From NCBI RefSeq assembly GCF_001194135.2, contig NC_068998.1:28984663-29023853 (forward strand): a stretch of DNA of 39,191 nt, given 5' to 3'. The notes below the pieces were generated by a model. It worked only from the letters and a program-made list of their open reading frames with translations. It did not search any database and was not told where the DNA came from. The stretch is from Octopus bimaculoides (Eukaryota). Below, piece after piece: positions 1 to 8,850 of the stretch. Numbering within the stretch: position 1 is the first letter of the stretch; the number at the start of each line of letters is the position of its first letter. The translations under genes and the position numbers were made by a program.

Positions 1-196
1 CTGCAGTATCTCGTTCTTATGTGAGATGCAGTGGACGGCACATTTGGCACCGTGCAGTGGTGACCCGTGCGGGCATTCCTGTAGTACTTGATGCCAAAGT
101 TTGGCACCATTCCTTCCAGTATTTTCCATATGTATATTATTACATATCTCTCCCGCCTGCGTTCCAGGGAGTAGAGACCTAGTGCCTTCAGATCGA
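1..196 (-). mobile_element. CR1/L2-group LINE fragment, C-terminal part of ORF2 (runs off window start)
   Basis: Minus-strand translation LKALGLYSLERRRERYVIIYIWKILEGMVPNFG matches the conserved post-RT 'L.LYSLERRRERY.II..WKIL' motif of CR1/L2-group elements. Confidence 0.75.
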
Positions 197-394
197 GATG
201 GGAAGGATGACTTCCCTTTGCAAATATAGACAGGACACAGATGTGTGTCGATAGCCAGCTGGAGGAGATGTTCTCCTGGGGCTAAAAGCAGTAGTAACAT
301 CCACCCTTAGGGGTCAGTCACATTTAAGTGGCAAATATACTTCACCTTGTCGTGCAGTTACTGTTAATACCTCGCTCAGAGATTTAACATTGCT

Positions 395-541
395 TATATA
401 CATATATATATGCATATATATATATGTATATATATATCTATGTATATGTATATATATATATATATATGTGTATATTTATATATGATATATATATATATAT
501 GTATATATATGTATTGTATGTGTATGTGTGTGTGTGTGTGT

Positions 542-581
<40 letters not shown>

Positions 582-590
582 GTGTGTGTT
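395..590. repeat. Compound microsatellite (TA)n/(TG)n/(GA)n
   Basis: Directly visible. It explains ORFs 410..619, 438..665 and 528..725. Confidence 0.95.
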
Positions 591-600
591 TATACCCCCA

Positions 601-1870
601 CCTGTTACTTGCTTTGTAACATCAAAGTACTGTCGTACTGGAGTTTCTGTCACTCTTCGTTTCAAATTCTTGAAACATGTTTGCTGCCTTTCTTCCCAGT
701 GCCGTGCAATGTCCTTCAGGAATAATTCTCATAGAGTTGCAGTTCACTGGAGAGATTTGCCATGAACTTCCCAGATACTGTATCATACTGAGGAATCTCA
801 TCAGATTTGTTTTGTCTTCAGGCTCTGGCATTTCTCAGATAGCTTTCACCTTTTCAGGATCTGGCTTCAGTCCTTTGTCAGAGAGAAGATGCCCTACATA
901 TGCAACCTCCGTCATTCTCAGCTTGCATTTCTTTGCATTCAATTTCAGGCCACTTGAACAGTATGCAGTCTTTCATCATATTGCTTGACATCTGTACCCC
1001 ACACCAAAATGTCATCAATAATACATATTGTGCCTGATAGACCTTCTAAGATCTGTGACATTGTTCTCTGAAATACCTCCAGTGCTGACTTCACTCCGGA
1101 AGGTAGTTGAGTGAATCAGTATCTACCAAATGAGGTAGTGAAGGTACACAACTTAGAACTGCTTTCATCAAGTTGTATCTGCCAAAATCCAGACTCTGCA
1201 TCAAGAATGGTGAACGGCTTGGCACCTGGCATTCGTGACATAATTTCCTCAACAGTTCTCATGGGATAGTGTTCTCTTTTTATGGCACAATTAAGATCTT
1301 TTGGGTCCATACAGATCCTAATCTTGTTTGGTTTCCCTACTGTCACCATGTTATTAACCCAGTTTGTGGGTCGAGCCTCTTTGATGACAACTCCAAGCTT
1401 GGTCATTTGATCAAGTTCTACTTGCGCCTTGTCTATCAAAGCAGCAGGCACTTTTTTCTGTGGGTATACCATGGGTATGATTTTGTCCACTAATTCTATA
1501 TGGTGTTCTCCCAGCATGCATCCATACAACTCTGGATATTCTCCCAGTATGTCTGTATTCACTTTCTGAATGTTGTGAACTCACTCTACCAACTTCAATT
1601 TCTCACAGGCTTTTCTTCCCAGTATACTTGGGCAGTTTTCTTCCACAACCTGGAGTAGTACTTCGAAGTGCCACTGATTTCACTTGATACTGATAGTTCT
1701 ATTTCTCCAAGTGGGAATTGCTTTTCTCTGAAGTATGACACAGGTTTCACTTTTGATCTTGACAGTTACTTATTCTTCAAATTCAAACTATCAAACATTG
1801 ATTTGGAAATGATATTGCACTGTGCACCCATATCCAGTTTCACTTTCACTGGTTTCTTGTTGATTAATAA
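601..1870 (-). pseudogene. pol: Degenerate gypsy pol (aspartic protease + reverse transcriptase)
   Basis: KVKLDMGAQCNIISK (DTG to DMG is a single ACG>ATG CpG transition), RT motifs in ORF 1116..1562, IIDDILVWG, KPDPEKVKAI, FLSMIQYL. Premature stop at 1116. Confidence 0.9.
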
Positions 1871-2009
1871 AGTCTCATACGAGTCTTCATCATCTTCATT
1901 GGTGGTCCAATGAATAATTCCTCAAATTCTTCAATCTCTTCAGAATTGCCAACAATGTGAACATTTTTGTGTTTTCTCTCTCTAGTGTCTTGGCCGTCAT
2001 GCCGAGATG

Positions 2010-2450
2010 GTTTTACATATGCTGGCAAAATGATGTTTACCACTGCATTTGTCACAAACATTTCCAGCAGCTGGACATTTGTCTTTAGCATATTTGTAAC
2101 CACACTGTCTCCACTGAGACATACTTTCTTCTTGGACCCTTACTGATATTCATGGCATTGATTTCTTTGTATGTTTCTCAATCATCAGATTTTTCTTAGG
2201 TTCACAGTATTCCTGAAACTTTTTCTTCACTTTGTCATAATTTTTGCTATCAGCTTCCTCACTCCACTCAAAAGCATAATACACTTGAACTGCAGCCTCT
2301 CTTGCCATGTGTAGCACACTTCATATTCTGTGATTTAGTTGCAATTCTGCTAGCTGTAAGGTAAAGTTCAAACCTTTGTATCCACCGTTTCCAGTTCTTG
2401 GCTACATTGCCTTCAAGATTAAGTTCATTCAGGTTTCTTATCTGATCCAT
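2010..2450 (-). pseudogene. gag: Degenerate, internally deleted gypsy gag
   Basis: MDQIRNLNELNLEGNVAKNWKRWIQRFELYL is a typical gypsy Gag N-terminus. CDKCSGKHHFASIC (C-X2-C-X4-H-X4-C) at 2015-2056. Only ~430 bp separate the start codon from the knuckle. Confidence 0.85.
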
Positions 2451-2465
2451 TCGGACAATTATTCA

Positions 2466-2483
2466 ATCCCACTTCTGACACCA
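2466..2483 (-). promoter_or_regulatory. Primer-binding site complementary to tRNA-Leu 3' end
   Basis: Minus strand TGGTGTCAGAAGTGGGAT immediately after the LTR's terminal CA. Complementary to ...ATCCCACTTCTGACACCA, the 3' end of tRNA-Leu(CAA/CAG)-type tRNAs. Confidence 0.85.
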
Positions 2484-2606
2484 TGTAAATCATGACACGA
2501 CACAGGGTGCAGCCATTACTATGTCTTTATTTACATCGTCATACATACAAACTTGTGACGTCACACTTTTGTGAGTATATCTTAATGTAAAGTCACTCTC
2601 ATTACA
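2484..2606 (-). repeat. 5' LTR (~123 bp) with TGTAA...TTACA termini
   Basis: Inverted termini TGTAA/TTACA, minus-strand AATAAA near 2526-2531, abuts the PBS. The outer boundary is inferred from the terminal inverted motif only, because there is no second LTR to compare. Confidence 0.7.
2554..2565. promoter_or_regulatory. Perfect palindromic CRE (TGACGTCA, within TGTGACGTCACA) inside the LTR
   Basis: The motif is read directly at 2556-2563. Function is not demonstrated. Confidence 0.5.
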
Positions 2607-3098
2607 CCAATGTAAAGAATTAAAATGGTTATATACATAATAATATTTATTGATTATATATGATTTTTCATTTTATTTGTTCCCCAAAGTGATGAAAATA
2701 AACATCACCAAAAATTTTTCATTCGGGTTAGTGCATTGCATCAGTTAAGTGTGAGTCAATTCCATTCCATATAGTTAGTGTCTGTGAAAAAAAATACTGC
2801 AAATTTCAGCTGCAAACTTGTCTGGTGTCAAGTGAATGAAGTGACAAACAGATATTCATCTGTGAACTGTTGGATTTCTCTTTAAATAACCAAAATGTGG
2901 CTTACAGACTACTAGGTTCTGATTACTAAAATTTTTAATTGGTTAACATTTCTGATTGGTTAAAATCTCCCAAATTCTGATTGGGTAAAATGACACATAT
3001 GACAAAAGAGAACTAAAATGTCAGCAGTCAAGATAGTTCTGCCACACAGTCACTAAACTACTAATATTTAGTCAGTTTGAGTAGAAAGAGAAATGTTT

Positions 3099-3117
3099 CT
3101 ACTACTACTACTACTAC

Positions 3118-3163
<46 letters not shown>

Positions 3164-3165
3164 CA

Positions 3166-3217
<52 letters not shown>

Positions 3218-3219
3218 CA

Positions 3220-3286
<67 letters not shown>

Positions 3287-3299
3287 TGTTGTTGTTGTT
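3099..3299. repeat. (CTA)n/(TAG)n trinucleotide microsatellite ending in (TTG)n
   Basis: Directly visible. Source of the poly-Ser and poly-Val ORFs 3077..3307 and 3093..3302. Confidence 0.97.
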
Positions 3300-3490
3300 T
3301 AGCCTGAAGAAAGTCCTGATTAAACAGACTTAACTTCAAAGATATTCCAGCTTCTACCATTTTATCTTTTTGTATGTCTAGAACTATTTTCCCTAGTGTA
3401 TCCTTGTTTTAAGACGATAGGGCAGGACTTGAGGGAATCTAGCTGCTATTACTAGCAGGCTTAGCAACTATGTAAAGGCTTTCTTGGTTC
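3294..3490 (+). mobile_element. Short interspersed repeat (octopus-type 'GTTTAGCCCC..GATTTGAGGGAGATTTGGCTGCTATTTCTAGCAG' family), copy 1
   Basis: Shares GACTTGAGGGAATCTAGCTGCTATTACTAGCAGG with copies at 12105-12335 and 37262-37330. Confidence 0.65.
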
Positions 3491-5700
3491 ATAAATGCCT
3501 CCAGTGTTTTGAAACACCCTTACACAGGAAAATGACTTTAAAACCTTCCTTTAAGAAGTGATTTCAATGTCTTTTATAACTTCTGTAGCTTAACTTTTAA
3601 AAGGCGTTTGTATTTCCAAGAAACATTTGCATTATAAGTGCAGCAAATTTAGTGTATGTGTATTTGTGCATGCATATACACATACACACATCACCATGCA
3701 TGCTGAAGATGTTTGCATTTATGCATGTTCATGCTCTCTCTCTCTCTCTCTCCCTCTCTCTCATTCCCTCTCTCACTCACTCACAAAAATATATGCACAA
3801 AATCAGATTCCATTCTGGTTAAGGAACAAACCCATTTACATAACATGTCAATGAAACACATATAAGGAGGTCAATGAAACACATATAAGCCCAAGTTAGA
3901 GGACACAGGCACATAATCACTTCGTCAGAAGTATTTTTCAATTGTTTTTCCGAAAAGCAGTTTTTTTTTTTAATAACGCTCCTACATGTGTATTAAATTC
4001 AGTATTTAGATATGGACAACTTTATCTTGCACACCCAAAGAACTGTAGCAATTTACTACATAAAGTTCTACTACTGAAATAAAAATCATTATGGATTTTT
4101 TTAATATAGTAATTATAATATGTGTTAAGTCAATAAGTGCAAGACCAAAATTATAAAGCTTTCCTACAAAAAAATATTCTTTTCAGATTTCTAAATTTTC
4201 AATTATTGGAACATTTTTGGAAATCATTTTCTTAGAAGAGAAATTTATAAAATATTTTCCACAAAACTTATTTGCACTTGAAATAAAATTTAGTGAAGTT
4301 TCCAGCTTTATTTCAGTGTCAGAATATACATTATCTTTGAGCTTTGTTTGTTTATATTTCTATAAAATATTTAAATAACTCAGTAGTTAAAGTGTTGAAA
4401 TCAGAGCCATAAGTGTGATATTTAAATCTTTCTGAAGACATTAAATTGCATGTGAAGTAGGGGCTTTCGTTGTTTCTATTACCTGAGCACATCTAGAACA
4501 AAGAAATCATTCTCTGCCCGAAAGTGCATTCAGCCATAATTTTTTCTTTTATGTCTAATTTTAAAAACAACTTCCGTTTATGGTTAGTGAAAGTAAATGT
4601 GAAAAAAAATATTACCAATAAAAATTGTGACTTCCACTCCAGTGCTTAGAACACATTGTTAACTCACAAAAGCTTCTCAGATAATTATCTTCTACAGTTT
4701 AAAATTGCTCAATTTAGACAACAATATAATAATTATTTCCTACTACATTTGTCCATAAAGTGATATCAAATACTGTTCTGAAGAGTATTTGATATCACTT
4801 TCCACTATTTATCATTGAAGGTCTGAGCATTTACTTATTTTACAGGCCTGATTAATTTGTCTCAGCTGTCTGTAGAAAGTATCATTAAAATCAGCTAGCT
4901 CTAAAATATTATACAAAAAAGATTAAGTCACTAGTAAACTGCCATAGCAATTCCTTTTATATTGCTTAACATCAGCAACTAATGATCTGACTTATAATTA
5001 TGATATAACTGCAATTATTATGTTGTTTATAAGTCTATAGGTATGATATCAGAGCTTGTATGTGTAGTGCTAAATATGTGTGTGTAACAAAGACTTTAGC
5101 TCCATATTGACTAATCATTAAAAATGCATTTCTATAGACAAATCTTTTATAAACAATGAGAATAACTTCTTTATAAATAATCTAGTTAGTGTTATTATTC
5201 TTGAAGCTCATTGCTTACTGATATTACATACTACACTGACTATAGTTTTATTTGAATATTTTACATGTTGTTGATATCAAATACTTGTATATTAAAGATA
5301 AAAGGTAAAAATTATTGATCTTAATGGAGACATGTTTGAAATTTAAATGCAATAAACACATATGCTGTCTGTGATATGTTAGCATTCCTATTCATCTTCG
5401 ATCTGTTATGCTGTTTCGATTTATAAGGTATTTCACTACCCTCTTTATGCTGGTATATTGAAGAAAATGTGACAGCAGCAGTTGTTGCAGATGAAGCAAT
5501 GGTAGCAGCCACAGAAATAGAAACAGCAACCATAATATGCAGTCTTAGCATTTACAGTGAAATTTATTAACAAAAGCTAAGTAGTAAGTGTTAGTGATAG
5601 CAGTGGAACTACTATGGAAGGAAACTATCCAAGCCAATACTGATTCTCTTTGATGAACAGATTTAAGATTTTAGATTATTTCTCTCTTTCCTCCTCCATG

Positions 5701-5708
5701 CACACACA

Positions 5709-5762
<54 letters not shown>

Positions 5763-5781
5763 TTCTCTCTTTCTCTTTCTC

Positions 5782-5836
<55 letters not shown>

Positions 5837-6049
5837 TTCTCTCTTTCTCTTTCTCTCACTCTCTCTCTCACTCATTTTTTCTTTATTCTCCAATTTCCTT
5901 TCTCTCATTTTTTCTCTTTCTGCTTTTCCTGCTTCCTCACTTATTTTTCTATTTGTTAGGTTGTCTCACCACTCGTGAGTATGTCTGTGTGTGAGTGTGT
6001 CTGTGTGTGAGTATGTGTATGTATACACTCAAACACACACATATATATG

Positions 6050-6083
<34 letters not shown>

Positions 6084-6101
6084 TGCATATATATATATAT
6101 T
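5701..6101. repeat. (CA)n/(CT)n and mixed TG/AC/AT microsatellite cluster
   Basis: Directly visible. Source of the SL/ER low-complexity ORFs. Confidence 0.95.
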
Positions 6102-6701
6102 CAGGTGATGGTCACTAAATATAAAAATAGTTAATGAATGATCTTCTCTCAGCTGTCATATTCTTCATTAAAAAGGGCACCTCTCAGTCTTTCTATACCT
6201 GTCCCTATGTGTATTTCTATCTTTCCATTTACTCACACACATATGTAAGTGAGCATGTATATAATATGTGTGTGTGTATGTGTGTATAATGTATGTATAT
6301 ATATTTATGCATGTATGTTTGTGTGTGTGTATGTGTGCATGTAAATAAATATGTGCATGTATATTCTTTACATTTTTAATTAATATGTCTCTATTTTGCA
6401 ACTTTTTCTCCTTAACATGTCTTCAACCTTCCAACTAGTTCAGATTTTGGCTAGCCAACTACATCTGCAAAAGCCAAAACAATCATTACCTTTTTTCAAT
6501 AACTGTATTCTCTACCTTGCAATCACACTTGGCTACTTCTTCAGATATATCATTTATTTACTACAGATAATAATGTATAAAATTTATGCCAAGAAAGATA
6601 TCTTCTCCCTAGAAGATGGCATACACAATAACACTTGCTAATACCAATTACATTTTGTATTGTTAGTTATTTGTGTGTGTGTATGTGTGTATGTCAATGC
6701 T

Positions 6702-6744
<43 letters not shown>

Positions 6745-7645
6745 ACGTGCACACATGTGTATGAGTATGTGTATGTGTTTGTCAATTTGGTGTGTTACCT
6801 CAAAAATATGTTTATAGAAATATGATCCAGAGCTTTATTTTCTCCTTAAATTTTTAAAGCTAAATTGTTCATTATCTATTGATTTGCCTACATGTAAAGA
6901 AAAGATATTGATTTGCATGTATGCTAAGAAAAAAAAAATTATTTTCATATTGACAACTGATGTCAGTTTACAGCCCAAAATCTATATTTCTCTCTGCTAG
7001 CTCTGTTTTGGAATAACACTCACTATACACATAGCAGTTTACAGATACTCACAATTGGATTACTATAACCTACATGCTACATTTTACATGTTTTAATAGG
7101 ATTGATAACTTCTATTTACTGTGATATTTTCAATAAGTTTTATTATGAAATCTTCAAATATACCTCTATATATTGTGCTGTTCGTGATAACCTTGCATTT
7201 ACTTTGATTGGAAGACTACTACAGTGATGCCACTACCTAAATCAGATTGACTTAATATTTACTCTTGTTACTATTATTCTATGCATGTAAGCTCTATAAT
7301 GTACCAATTATGTCTTAGATTTACTTATCAACAGGCTCTATTCCATTTAATGTTACATATTCTTTTGATGGGCTTGTTATCATAGTAGCATGACTTAAAG
7401 AATATTCTTATGGATGTCGTATGCTTTGTTTAGAACAAGCTGATATGTACTCCTTGTTGATGTTTCAATACTACAAAACAAATACAATGCTATTGTTTTT
7501 TTATATATTTACCTACTTGCTCTTCTTGGATTGAATTCTATTGTACATGGCTTATCTTCTGTTCCACAGAAGAGGAAGCTATCATTAACCATACACCAGA
7601 ATCTCAATTATATTTTGATAAATTGGTTCCATTATATTTGTATGG

Positions 7646-7974
7646 ATGAGTGGGCATAGGAGTCGAAGTCTTTTTCGTCGGCGCCATCCGAGTACCAGTA
7701 GTGACTTGGACAGTCTTACTGTACCAGTAATTACAGTCAACATGCAATATCTATCTCCCAATCTTAATACCTCATCGGGCAGCCAAGGAAAAGCTCGCAA
7801 CTGGCTGTCAAAATTAAGACGAGAGCCACGAAGTAAAAGCAAAAATTCTTTGTCTTCTTCTTCCAGACATTCAGAGGATTTGATTGTTACCCCATTTGCC
7901 CAGATTCTGGCCAGTTTACGCAGTGTTCGGAATAATTACCTCAACTTAACCAATGTGAACTTACCAAAAGAGAG
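7646..7974 (+). CDS. PDE4: Putative alternative first coding exon of PDE4: 74-aa unique N-terminus fused in frame to the UCR1 C-terminal half
   Basis: ATG 7646 follows in-frame stops (7586, 7619) and is open into [10 protein letters not shown]. Nine CpGs at 7664-7830 versus two in the preceding ~660 bp. Ends at donor AG|GTTAGT (7974/7975). Confidence 0.6.
7867..7974 (+). CDS. PDE4: Internal exon of cAMP-specific 3',5'-cyclic phosphodiesterase 4 (dunce-like), UCR1 C-terminal half
   Basis: [30 protein letters not shown] matches the PDE4/dunce UCR1 motif HG(D/E)DLIVTPFAQ(V/I)LASLR(S/T)VRNN. Acceptor TTTGTCTTCTTCTTCCAG|A (7866/7867), donor AG|GTTAGT. 108 nt, phase 2-2. Confidence 0.93.
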
Positions 7975-8442
7975 GTTAGTAATGATTTCTACTTTTTCTT
8001 ATGTCAGTTGAAAAATGTAATAAAATAATGTCAATTAATAATTATCAATAAGTATATACACATTAAAAGACACATTGCTACAATATGCATACTAGACACA
8101 TACACACATATATACACATGTGTTTTGTGTGTGTGTGTGTAATTATGAATTGATATGTGGGTGTGTGAGCATGTTTGAGAGTATGGGGTTGCAAATATAC
8201 ATGTTGAATAACAGAATATGTGTACCTGCTTAAATGTCATTAATTCACATCTGCAGCAGGCATTTTATTTTGTTCCTAAGCATGACAACTCCATGTGCCT
8301 CTGTTACTCTTGCAATATGGAGTTAGTACCTGATTTCCCAGGAATATTTTCAGCTTCGTAAATCTACTAACAGGTGACAACTGTGAGCTTCTTTAATGTG
8401 TTCATACCTATTAATCCAATGCATGCATTTTTTTAAAGTTTA

Positions 8443-8551
8443 CCTGGATTTGTCATCAAATCTGATGATATACATGTGTATGTAGGTGAGGTATATATAC
8501 AGATATACATACATATACATACATATGTCATAATTTGGTGACAAACCCAGG
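8443..8551. repeat. Small MITE-like inverted repeat
   Basis: CCTGGATTTGTCATCAAAT (8443-8461) versus ATTTGGTGACAAACCCAGG (8533-8551): 17/19 complementary, around a TA/CA-rich spacer. Confidence 0.6.
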
Positions 8552-8740
8552 CCCTTTTCTAAATGCAGCATGTTCTGGATTAAAAAGCTATCTTAGATTT
8601 TAACCATGAAGAAGTATCAGCAGTTATAAGTCTGTTTGCTTATATTTCATAAATATGATTTCATATTTCAAATAAATTTGAAGAAGTTTATGTCTTGTGC
8701 CAAATCTACATATTTATGTTTTGCAAAATTCTACAGATTT

Positions 8741-8850
8741 ATGTATGTGTGTGTGTGTACGCGCACATGCACACGTGTGTGTGCATGCATGCATGTATGT
8801 GCATGCATGCATGTGTATGCATGCATGTGTGTGCGTGTGTGTGTGTGTGC
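8741..8850. repeat. Alternating purine-pyrimidine (TG/CA/TGCA) tract
   Basis: Directly visible. Confidence 0.9.

Larger units (their letters stand above)
601..2606 (-). mobile_element. Ty3/Gypsy LTR retrotransposon remnant (5' LTR-PBS-gag-protease-RT; truncated before RNase H/integrase)
   Basis: Order on the minus strand: LTR 2606-2484, PBS, gag ATG 2450, CCHC knuckle 2015-2056, protease LD(M)GA ~1825-1837, RT ORF 1116-1562 (IRICMDPKDLN, LDAESGFWQI, CTFTTSFGRY), IIDD at 1011-1022, connection region TETPVRQYFDVTK ending ~601 at a microsatellite. Stops and frameshifts throughout. Confidence 0.93.

Noticed and set aside
3847-3889. Direct repeats as a CRISPR-like array (GTCAATGAAACACATATAAG x2; also the 15-bp duplication at 24901-24936)
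   Set aside because: Only two units with 0-3 bp spacing, in eukaryotic context with no cas genes; ordinary slippage duplications.
5321-5551. Hydrophobic 76-aa minus-strand ORF as a secreted or membrane micropeptide
   Set aside because: Driven by GCA/GCT-rich low complexity, with no recognisable family, splice context or other support.
395-6101. Low-complexity ORFs (poly-S, poly-V, ER/SL/HT/YI repeats), here and throughout the window
   Set aside because: They are translations of microsatellites, with no splice signals or domain content.
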